Of a DNA stretch of 24,000 bases, positions 9,136 to 17,146 are shown one piece after another. The notes below the pieces were generated by a model. It saw only the letters and a list, made by a program, of their open reading frames with translations. It was not told the origin of the DNA and made no database searches. The translations under genes and the position numbers were made by a program. The DNA is from an uncultured Solirubrobacterales bacterium (GTDB lineage Bacteria > Pseudomonadota > Alphaproteobacteria > Acetobacterales > Acetobacteraceae): NCBI GenBank assembly GCA_963697635.1, contig CAVOOS010000021.1, positions 53,654-77,653 on the forward strand, written 5' to 3'. Each line of letters starts with the position of its first letter. Within the stretch, counting starts at the first letter, position 1.

Positions 9136-10533
9136 TTACTCCAGGATCGGCATCGCGAATGGCTGCGCCACTTCCAGCGTCCGCGCCGCGCGCAGCACGA
9201 TGTCGTCGCGATACATCGGGCCGGCCAGTTGCACGGCACGCGGAAGGCCGCTCGCGGCAAAGCCCATCGGCACGCTGATCGCCGGCTGCCGCGTCAGGTT
9301 GAACGCAAAGGTCCACGGCGCCCACTGGGTCCACAACGCCTCGATCGGGTCGCCGATCGGCGCCTCCGCGAGCGGCGCGGGCGCCGGCACGGCCGGGCAC
9401 AGCACAAGGTCGTAAGTCTGGTGGAACCGCCGCATCGCGTGCGCCGCCGCGACCCGCATCGCCTCGCCGTCAAGATACTCGATTGCGGAGAGCCCGGCTT
9501 CCGCCCGCGCGACCTCGAGCAGCCCCGGGTCCAGCATGTGCCGTCGCGTCTCCGGAAACGAGTTGACCAGCCGCGCCAGCGCCACGCCCCAGATGCGGCC
9601 GAAGATCGCGCGCGTGTCCGGCAGGTCGGCGTCCGCCTCCTCCACCTCGGCGCCCGCCTCCATCAGCAGCCGCGCCGCCTGCTCGACCGCGGCGATGCCC
9701 TCCCAGTCGACCGGCGCCTCGAAACCGGGGCGGCGCAGCACGGCCACGCGCATCTCGGCGACCCCATCCTCGATGCCGTCGCGCCAGTCCCGCGGATCGT
9801 CGGGCAGCGCAGTATGGGTCGCGCAGGTCGTGCCGCGCCATCGCGCTCAGCATCAGCGCCGCGTCGCGCACAGTCCGCGTCATCGGGCCCGCCACCGCGA
9901 CGGCGCCAAACGACCCGAGCGGCCACAGCGGCACTCTGCCGAAAGTCGGCTTCAGCCCGACCACGCCGCACCACGCCGCCGGGATGCGGATCGAGCCGCC
10001 GGCATCGGTGCCGATGTGCAGCGGCCCGAACCCCGCCGCCGCCGCCGCCGCCGCGCCGGAGGAAGAGCCGCCCGGCGTGTGCAGCGGATTCCACGGATTG
10101 CGCGTGATGCCATGCAGCGGGCAGTCGCCGGGCGACTTCCAGCCGAACTCGGTCGTCGTCGTCTTGCCGAACGGTGATCGCGCCTTCGGCCTTCAGCCCG
10201 ACCACGCTCGGCGCGTCGTCCGCCACCGGCGCCGGGTCGGACAGGCGGGAGCCGCGGCGCGTCGGGTGGCCGGCGAGGTCCAGCAGGTCCTTCACCGTCA
10301 CCGGCACGCCGTCGAGCATGCCGAGCGGCCGCCCCGCCCGCCAGCGCGCCTCGCTCTCGCGCGCCGCCGCCAGCGCCTGCGGCGCTCAGCACGGCGAACG
10401 CGTTCAGCGCAGGGTTGTGCCGCGCCACCCGCTCGGTGACGGCCTGCAGCACCTCGACGGGCGAGAGGCTGCGCCGGGCGTAGTGGCCGAGCAGCTCCTC
10501 GGCGGTCATCAAAGCGGGGTCGGTCGCGGACAT
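9136..10533 (-). pseudogene. Amidase (amidase-signature family), reading frame broken at 3 sites
   Basis: There are four consecutive frame segments. (1) MSATDPALMTAEELLGHYARRSLSPVEVLQAVTERVARHNPALNAFAVLSA. (2) QALAAARESEARWRAGRPLGMLDGVPVTVKDLLDLAGHPTRRGSRL...GLKAEGAIT. (3) FGKTTTTEFGWKSPGDCPLHGITRNPWNPLHTPGGSSSGAAAAAAAGFGPLHIGTDAGGSIRIPAAWCGVVGLKPTFGRVP...MARHDLRDP. (4) TALPDDPRDWRDG...AFNLTRQPAISVPMGFAASGLPRAVQLAGPMYRDDIVLRAARTLE. It carries the GGSSSG / GTDxGGSIR amidase signature. Joined length is about 464 aa. Confidence 0.85.
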
Positions 10534-10834
10534 GCTGGGGTTCCCGGCTGTCGATTTCGGCCCGCAGTGTGGACAAGCCCCGGCCGCGAGGGAACCCCGC
10601 AGCGGCGCCCGCTCACGGCGTCACGATCAATAGTGCGTCCTGCGGCACCTGCAGCCGGTCGAGGCCGCCGCACCGCCGACCGAATCCGGCCCGTCCACGC
10701 CTCCGACGCCGCGCGCCGTAGCACCGTCACGCTCCACCGTCTGGTCACGGCGATGTATGGCGTGGCTGCCGAGTTGTGGCATATTCGCCCAAATGACAAT
10801 ATGGCAGCGCTTGGCACATCCGGAGTTCACGCCA

Positions 10835-11086
10835 ATGAGCGCGATACCTGCCCGCGTCTCGGAATCAGGGCGCCTCAGTTTACCGGCCGAGTTTCGCCGG
10901 GCCGTTGGGCTGGAGCATGGCGGGACGGTGGTGGTGGAACTTGTGGACCACGAAATCCGCATCAGCACCGTGCCGGAGGTTGTCGCGCAAGCTCAGGCCA
11001 TGACACGCAAACTGCTGGGCGATGCGGCTGACGCATCTTCGGATACGCTGATCGCCGAACGGCGCCGGGAGGCCGCGAAGGAGTGA
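10835..11086 (+). CDS. vapB: AbrB/MazE/SpoVT-family antitoxin (VapB-type)
   Basis: MSAIPARVSESGRLSLPAEFRRAVGLEHGGTVVVELVDHEIRISTV is the swapped-hairpin AbrB-type fold pattern. GGAG lies 10 nt upstream of the ATG at 10835. The stop overlaps the downstream PIN gene start (GTGA). Confidence 0.8.
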   Translation: MSAIPARVSESGRLSLPAEFRRAVGLEHGGTVVVELVDHEIRISTVPEVVAQAQAMTRKLLGDAADASSDTLIAERRREAAKE

Positions 11087-11472
11087 TCACCTGCGTCCTC
11101 GATTCGTCGGCGCTTGTCGCATTGCTACGGGTCGAGCCCGGCGCCGAAGTTGTCGCGGCGCATCTTGTGGGTTCGGCAATCAGCGTCGTGAACCTCAGTG
11201 AAGTGGTCGCGTTGTTCGCCCGCGCGGGCGCTGGCCAGTCCCAGATCAGCGGGATCATCGACCCATTGCCGGTCGCGCGTCTGCCGATGGACGAAGGGCT
11301 GGCCTACGCCGCCGGCATGTTGCAGCCGATGACACGGTCAGCGGGCTTGTCGCTTGGCGACCGCGTCTGCCTGGCGCTGGCGCGCCAACTCCAGGTTCCC
11401 GCGGTAACCGGGGATCACGAATGGCAAGGCGTCGCGGCGGCCGTCGGCGCAAGAGTGTTGTTGATCCGATAG
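11083..11472 (+). CDS. vapC: PIN-domain ribonuclease toxin VapC
   Basis: 129 aa. Acidic PIN residues sit in the expected contexts: VLDSSAL, NLSEV, LSLGDRVCLALA, VTGDHEW. It is translationally coupled to vapB. Confidence 0.88.
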   Translation: MITCVLDSSALVALLRVEPGAEVVAAHLVGSAISVVNLSEVVALFARAGAGQSQISGIIDPLPVARLPMDEGLAYAAGMLQPMTRSAGLSLGDRVCLALARQLQVPAVTGDHEWQGVAAAVGARVLLIR

Positions 11473-11478
11473 CGGCCC

Positions 11479-11694
11479 TTACGATCCCGTATTGGGCGGC
11501 AGCGGCAGCAGGCCATTGATCAACAGTCCGTCGGGCCGCATCACCGACTTCGGGTAGGTGCCGGGCGGAATGCCGTAGGCGGCGTCCAGCGCCGCGCCGT
11601 TGTTCGGGTCGAGCGGCGGCGACGAGCAGGCGGCCAATCCCGCCAACGCCAACGCCGCCGTGCATGCGCCGAGCCGGCGTACAGTCACCGACAT
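11479..11694 (-). CDS. Small lipoprotein, unknown function (71 aa)
   Basis: ATG at 11694 is preceded by GGGAGGA. MSVTVRRLGACTAALALAGLAACSSPP gives a signal peptide plus lipobox (LAAC). Confidence 0.6.
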   Translation of the reverse strand: MSVTVRRLGACTAALALAGLAACSSPPLDPNNGAALDAAYGIPPGTYPKSVMRPDGLLINGLLPLPPNTGS

Positions 11695-11811
11695 CACGCG
11701 ATCCTCCCAACTCCATGCCGAACTGGACGTGGGACCGCGCAAGAGTGCGGGCAAGTCCGAACGTTCCTGAATATCCTGGCAACGGCCGCGACAATCGAGG
11801 CTCGCGTCCCG

Positions 11812-12608
11812 TCACCCGCCGGGCGCCTCGTCGCGGCCACGCTGGCGGCGGCCGAGCGCCAGCTCCGTCACCACGCCGTGCAGAGTCCGGAGTTCCTGCT
11901 CCGTCACTTCGCCGCGCTCGAAGAAATGCCGCAGGTTGCGCACCATGCCGGGCCGCTTCGGCAGGTTGCGCAGGAAGCCGCAGGCGTCGAGTTCCTGCGA
12001 CCAGATGCGCCAGGAAATTCTCCAGCTCGCCCTTGGTGGCGACGCGCGTCTCGTTGGTCATCAGCGTCCGCGGGAACGTCTGCTCGGCCGCGGTCCACCA
12101 CTCGTAGGCCAGCACCATCACCGCCTGCGCGAGGTTCAGGCTCATGAACGCCGGGTTCAGCGGGAATCGGACCAGCGCGTCGGCGCAGGCCATGTCGTCG
12201 TTATCGAGCCCGGCGCGCTCCGGCCCGAACAGCACGCCCACGCGCAGACTCCCGGGCACAGATCTCCCGCAGCTCCGCCGCCGCGCCGCGCGCGGTCAGC
12301 ACCGGCTTGACGATGTGGCGCGGCCGCGGGCAGGTCGCGAACACGTGGTGCAGGTCGGCGACCGCGTCGGCGACCGTCGCATGCACCGTCGCCGCGTCCA
12401 GCAGCCGGTCGGCGCCCGAGGAATTGCGCCACGCCTTCTCCTGCGGCCAGCCGTCGCGCGGCGCGACCAGCCGCAGGTGAAACAGCCCGCCATTGGCCAT
12501 CGCGCGTGCGACCGCGCCGATATTGTCGGCCAGTTGCGGCCGCACCAGCACCACGACGGGGCTGTTGCCGATGGGAGAAAGGTCGGCGCCGCCGTCGCGC
12601 CCGGTCAC
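11812..12608 (-). pseudogene. SpoU/TrmH-family (TrmJ-like) RNA 2'-O-methyltransferase, reading frame broken at 2 sites
   Basis: The GTG start at 12608 overlaps the cysS TGA (GTGA). Segment 1: ...[61 protein letters not shown]...[13 protein letters not shown]. Segment 2: [55 protein letters not shown]...ELENFLAHL. Segment 3: SQELDACGFLRNLPKRPGMVRNLRHFFERGEVTEQELRTLHGVVTELALGRR... ending at TGA 11812-11814. Joined length is about 264 aa. Confidence 0.8.
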
Positions 12609-13950
12609 GCCCGCCGCCAGGTTGTTCCGTCTGGCCCGTCCTCCAGCAGAATGCCGCGATCGGCCAGTTCCTTCCGGATCGCGTCCGCGCGCGCGAAATT
12701 CTTCGCGGCCTTCGCGCCGCCAGCCGCTCGGCAATCGCCGCCTCGATCCCGGCCGAGTCGTCGCGCGCCGTGAAACCACGCCGGCGGCGCCAGCTGCACA
12801 GCCCCCATCAGGTGCCCGGCCGCGCGCAATCGGGCGCTCGCCGCCGCATCGCCGGCCAGCGCCGCGTCGGCGAGCCGATGCATCTCCGCAATCGCCAGCG
12901 GCGTGTTGAGGTCGTCGCACAGCGCCTCCAGCACCGACGCCGGCAGCTCGCCCGGCGCCGCCGGCGTCCGCTGCAGCGCGCGATACAAGCGGTCCAGGTC
13001 CTTCCGGGCCTCCGCAATCCCAGCCTCCGAAAAATCCAGCGTCGACCGATAATGTGCCCGCAGCAGCAACAGTCGAAGAACCTCGCCGGGCGCCAGCGCC
13101 AGCGCGTCGCGAATGGTCAGAAAATTGCCCGAGGCTTTTCGACATCTTCTCGCCGCCCACGGTCAGCATGCCGTTGTGCAGCCACACGCGCGCGAACCGG
13201 CTGCCCGGGAACGCGCAGCAGGATTGCGCCAACTCATTCTCGTGGTGCGGGAACAGCAGATCCTGGCCGCCGCCGTGGATGTCGAACGTTTCTCCCAGGT
13301 AGCGCCACGACATCGCGCTGCACTCGATGTGCCAGCCCGGCCGGCCGCGCCCCCACGGGCTGTCCCAGCCCGGGCAACTCCGGCGAGGACGGCTTCCACA
13401 GCACGAAATCGCCGGGATCGTGCTTGTACGGCGCGACGTCGACGCGCGCGCCCGCGATCAGCTCTTCCGGCGAGCGGCCGGAAAGAATGCCGTAGTGAGG
13501 ATCGCTCGCCACCGAGAACAGCACGTGCCCCTCGGCCGCATACGCATGCCCGCCCTCGATCAGTCGCAAGATGATCGCGATCATCTCGGGAATATGCGCC
13601 GTCGCGCGCGGCTCGACGTCCGGCGGCAGCGCGTTGAGTTCGGCAATGTCGGCGTGGAAATCCGCGGTCGTCTGCGCCGTGACCTCGGCGATCGACTGCC
13701 CCGTCTCGGCGGCGCGCGCGTTGATCTTGTCGTCGACGTCGGTGATGTTGCGCACGTAGGTGACGCGCGGATAGAGCCGGCGCAGCAGCCGCGCCAGCAC
13801 GTCGAACACCACCACCGGCCGGGCATTGCCGAGATGCGCGCGGTCGTACACGGTCGGACCGCAGACATACAGCCGCACATCCGCGGGATCGATCGGCGTG
13901 AACGTCTCGCGCCGGCGGGTCAGGCTGTTGTGCAGGCGCAACTCGGGCAT
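12605..13950 (-). pseudogene. cysS: Cysteine--tRNA ligase, reading frame broken at 4 sites (three +1, one -1)
   Basis: Segments: [45 protein letters not shown]...[13 protein letters not shown] | [49 protein letters not shown]...GEKMSKSLG | [36 protein letters not shown]...PPAWFHGA | [17 protein letters not shown] | [35 protein letters not shown]. The class I HIGH-type and KMSKS motifs are present. Joined length is about 447 aa. Confidence 0.92.
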
Positions 13951-14109
13951 GGCGGCGATCCGGCTCGGGGGCGCCTTTTTCCGCCAGCGCGCCGCGCGAT
14001 GCAATCGGCCGACCGACCGAGGCGCCGCGTGTTCCTTGCGCGACAGGGATATTACATTTTGCGGAATCAGTGTAGGTGAAGCCGACCAGCGACCGCAGGA
14101 CAGCCCCCG

Positions 14110-14511
14110 ATGAAACCGCCAACCGAGCCCGACCTCACGCTGCCCAGGATCCTTCGCGAGACGATGGCCGCGCTGGTGCGGCGCGACGGCGCCGACCTCA
14201 CGGCGCGGCAGTTCGCGGTGCTGCTGATCTGCTACGTCGAGGACGGGCCGCACACGGTACGCGGCCTCGCCGAACGCACGCAGCTGCCCAAGCCCGCGGT
14301 CTCGCGCGTGCTGGACCGGCTCGGCGCGCTCGGCCTGAGCCGCCGCGTCGCCGACCCGCGCGACAAGCGCAGCGTGCTGGTGGCCTGCACCGCCGAGGGC
14401 TTCGGCTTCCTGCGGCAGGTGCGCGAGATGCTCGAGCAGGCCGCCGCAATCGCCGAGGCGAGCGGCGGCACCGCGCCCACGCAAGCCGCGAGCGCCTGCG
14501 CCGGCCTCTGA
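14110..14511 (+). CDS. MarR-family transcriptional regulator
   Basis: 133 aa with a winged-helix core: [68 protein letters not shown]. Confidence 0.88.
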   Translation: MKPPTEPDLTLPRILRETMAALVRRDGADLTARQFAVLLICYVEDGPHTVRGLAERTQLPKPAVSRVLDRLGALGLSRRVADPRDKRSVLVACTAEGFGFLRQVREMLEQAAAIAEASGGTAPTQAASACAGL

Positions 14512-14521
14512 GCCCGCCGCC

Positions 14522-14908
14522 TCACGCCTCCTCCCAGGCGACGCTGGTGGCGTCGATCGCCCGGCGCGCCGCGTGGAAGCTGTAGAACAACAGCCCGACG
14601 CCAAGGGTGACGATGCTGACCAGCACCCACAGGGCGATCCGGCCCATGTGCGCCTCGACGTCGTAGTCGCAGTGCAGCCGCCCGAGCCGACGCCCGTCGC
14701 CGTCGACGATGGTGGTGGTGTTCAGGATCAGCCGGAAGAAATGCCCGCTCACCACGATCCAGCCGAGCCCGAGCGTGCAGACCGAAACGGCCAGCCACAC
14801 CAGGAAGGATGGCCAGACTTTTGCCAGGTCGAGGTCGCTGTGCAGGCGGGTCGCGCCTTCCGCTCGTCCCCCCGCCAAAGCGAGTCGCGCCCCCGATTGC
14901 ATGGCCAT
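14522..14908 (-). CDS. Small integral membrane protein with an internal two-fold repeat, unknown function
   Basis: Start chosen at ATG 14908 (GAGGGA 5 nt upstream); the track start at 14941 is GTG followed by AT-rich atypical codons. Two hydrophobic segments share a pattern: [28 protein letters not shown] versus [28 protein letters not shown]. Confidence 0.6.
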   Translation of the reverse strand: MAMQSGARLALAGGRAEGATRLHSDLDLAKVWPSFLVWLAVSVCTLGLGWIVVSGHFFRLILNTTTIVDGDGRRLGRLHCDYDVEAHMGRIALWVLVSIVTLGVGLLFYSFHAARRAIDATSVAWEEA

Positions 14909-14971
14909 TTCGATCCCTCGTTTTTTGTTCAGACGTTTCACGTTGCCACGCAGGACACGGCGGCGCGCTGA

Positions 14972-15100
14972 TCCAGGTCAAATGACGGCGCGGCGCGCGC
15001 CTCAACCGTGCTGCGCTGGTTCAAGGCGGCCGGTCCCGGCTATCAGACCCGCATCAACGCGGTGCTGCGCGCCTTCGTGCAGGCGCAGCAGCGGGCGGAG
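14972..15100 (+). pseudogene. Remnant of a BrnA/DUF4415-type antitoxin gene (C-terminal fragment only)
   Basis: The frame opens after TGA 14969-14971 and reads ...STVLRWFKAAGPGYQTRINAVLRAFVQAQQRAE. This matches my recollection of the BrnA C-terminal motif (D-V-L-x-W-F-K-x-x-G-x-G-Y-Q-T-R-I-N-x-x-L-R-A-Y). There is no N-terminal half, no start with an RBS, no own stop, and no adjacent BrnT gene. Confidence 0.4.
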
Positions 15101-15130
15101 CGAGATTCGCCGGAAGGGGCTGAGCAGGCT

Positions 15131-16954
15131 TCAGCGCCGCGCGAACAGCTTCTCGATCTCTGCCCGCGACAGCTTCAGAAACGTCGGGCGGCCGTGGCTG
15201 CACGTTGCGGCACGCGGCGTCGCCTCCATCTGGCGCAGCAGCGCGTCCATCTCCGGCTGGGTCAGCCGTCGGCCCGCGCGGACGCTGCCGTGGCAGGCCA
15301 TGCGCGCGATCGCCGCGTCCAGCCGCGCCTCCAGCGCCGTGCTCTCGCCGGCCTCGGACAGTTCCTCGGCCAGATCGCGCAGCAGCGCAGCGGGCTCGGG
15401 CGCGCCGAGCGGCGCCGGCAAGGCGCGCACCAGCACCGCGCCGGCGCCAAAGGGTTCCAGCTCCAGGCCAAGCCGCGCGAGCTCCTGCGCGCGTTCCAGC
15501 AGCAGCGTGGCCTGCGCGGGGGGCAGATCGACCACCGCCGGCAGCAGCAGGGTCTGCGACCGCACGCCACCCGCAAAGAACTGCTCGCGCAGGGTCTCGT
15601 GGGTGAGGCGTTCGTGCGCGGCGTGCTGGTCGACCAGCACCAGCCCGCCATCCGCGGCGACCGCGATGATGTAGGTGTCGAGCACCTGCGCGACCGCGGC
15701 ACCCAGCGGGAACTCCGGCGAGGGTTGCGCGGCGGCGGCGGTGAACGGGCCGTGGAACCGGTCGGGCGCGGCGAGCGCGCGGGCGGCCGGCGGCGCCTGC
15801 AACGGCAACTGCGCCTCGGCGAAGCCGCGCGTCGGCGGCGCCGGATGCACCAGCCGCAGGCTCGGCCGGGGCGGCGGGGCGAAGCGCAGCGGCGGCGCGG
15901 CGTGGCCGGCGCCGACCGCGAGCGCGCGGGCGAGCGACCCGATGATCAGCGCGCGCACCCCGTCGGCGTCGCGGAACCGTACTTCCGCTTTCGCCGGATG
16001 CACGTTCACGTCGACCTCCTCCGGCGGCAGGTCGAGGAACAGCGCCACCGCCGCGTGCCGGCCTGCGGGCACCACGTCGCGGTAGGCGACCCGCACGGCG
16101 ATGCGCAGCAGCGGGTCGGCGACCGGGCGGCCATTCACCACCAGCGTCTGCGCCGCCGCGGTCGCCCGCGTCACCGTCGGCGCGGCGGCGAAGCCGGAGA
16201 GCCGCATCACCGCGTCGGCCGCGCCGCGCTCGCCGGCAACCGAAAGCAGCGCCGACGCCGCATCCGGCCCGAGCAGCGCGGCGACGCGGGCCTGCTGCTT
16301 CTGCGGCGGCAGGTCGAACGCCGGCTGGCCGTCGCGCTCGAAGCGGAAAGCGACCTCGGGCGCCGCGAGCGCGAGCCGGCGCAGCGCCGCCTCGATCGCG
16401 TCCGCCTCGGTGCGCACCGATTTGAGGAATTTTCTGCGGGCGGGCGTCGCGAAGAACAGGTCGCGCACCACGACGCGGGTGCCGGGCGGACCGGCGGCGG
16501 GGCGGACCGCGCCGACCGCGCCGCCCTCGACCTCGATCGTGGCCGCCGCCTCGGCGCCGGGCGGGCGCGAAGTGATCGCGAGCCGCGCCGCCGCGCCGAT
16601 CGAGGGCAGCGCTTCGCCGCGGAAGCCGAGGGAAAAAATCCGGATCAACTGGTCGTCGGCGAGTTTCGAGGTCGCGTGGCGCTGCACGCACAGCGCCAGT
16701 TCCTCGGGCGTCATGCCGCTGCCGTCGTCGGTGACCTCGATCCGCTCGATGCCGCCGCCGGCGATCGCAACGACGATGCGGCGCGCGCCGGCGTCGAGCG
16801 CGTTCTCCACGAGCTCCCGGCAGGCCGCGGCCGGGCGCTCCACCACCTCGCCCGCGGCGATCCGGTTGATCACCGATTCGGGTAGCAGGCGGATCCGGGC
16901 GTGGCCGCCACCGCGCGAAAAAGGCGGCTGGGAGACCGGCGGGCTGTCGGTCAT
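15131..16954 (-). CDS. mutL: DNA mismatch repair endonuclease MutL
   Basis: Starts at MTDSPPVSQ (ATG 16954). It has the GHKL ATPase N-terminus IRLLPESVINRIAAGEVVERPAAACRELVENALDAGA...TDDGSGM and the C-terminal endonuclease region ending CSHGRPTFLKLSRAEIEKLFARR. The frame is intact and encodes 607 aa. Confidence 0.93.
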   Translation of the reverse strand: MTDSPPVSQPPFSRGGGHARIRLLPESVINRIAAGEVVERPAAACRELVENALDAGARRIVVAIAGGGIERIEVTDDGSGMTPEELALCVQRHATSKLADDQLIRIFSLGFRGEALPSIGAAARLAITSRPPGAEAAATIEVEGGAVGAVRPAAGPPGTRVVVRDLFFATPARRKFLKSVRTEADAIEAALRRLALAAPEVAFRFERDGQPAFDLPPQKQQARVAALLGPDAASALLSVAGERGAADAVMRLSGFAAAPTVTRATAAAQTLVVNGRPVADPLLRIAVRVAYRDVVPAGRHAAVALFLDLPPEEVDVNVHPAKAEVRFRDADGVRALIIGSLARALAVGAGHAAPPLRFAPPPRPSLRLVHPAPPTRGFAEAQLPLQAPPAARALAAPDRFHGPFTAAAAQPSPEFPLGAAVAQVLDTYIIAVAADGGLVLVDQHAAHERLTHETLREQFFAGGVRSQTLLLPAVVDLPPAQATLLLERAQELARLGLELEPFGAGAVLVRALPAPLGAPEPAALLRDLAEELSEAGESTALEARLDAAIARMACHGSVRAGRRLTQPEMDALLRQMEATPRAATCSHGRPTFLKLSRAEIEKLFARR

Positions 16955-17146
16955 GGGGCCGGCTCGCCCCGCCGCGCGCGAATACGGCGGGCCGGCAGGC
17001 GGGCGGCGAGGTCGGCGATCCGCGTCCAGGCCGCGTCGAGGAGGGTTGCGTTGTACATGCACGCAGCATAGCGCAACCGCCGCGCCGTGCGCAGCTACGC
17101 CTGCGTGAGGGGCGGCGGCGGCGCTCCCGTCACGCCGGGCGGAGCC

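Noticed and set aside
9120-9146. Short direct repeat TACTCCAG...TACTCCAG around the amidase stop codon
   Set aside because: It has only two 8-bp copies spaced 13 nt apart in the 22-nt gap between convergent genes. That is too short to call a repeat element or duplication scar with any confidence.
15008-16885. 625-aa plus-strand ORF, and the 671-aa ORF at 15054..17069 on the minus strand
   Set aside because: These are antisense and alternative frames of mutL, with extreme Arg/Gly/Ala content and no recognisable domains. Only the first ~30 codons of the plus-strand ORF resemble anything (the BrnA-like remnant, reported separately).
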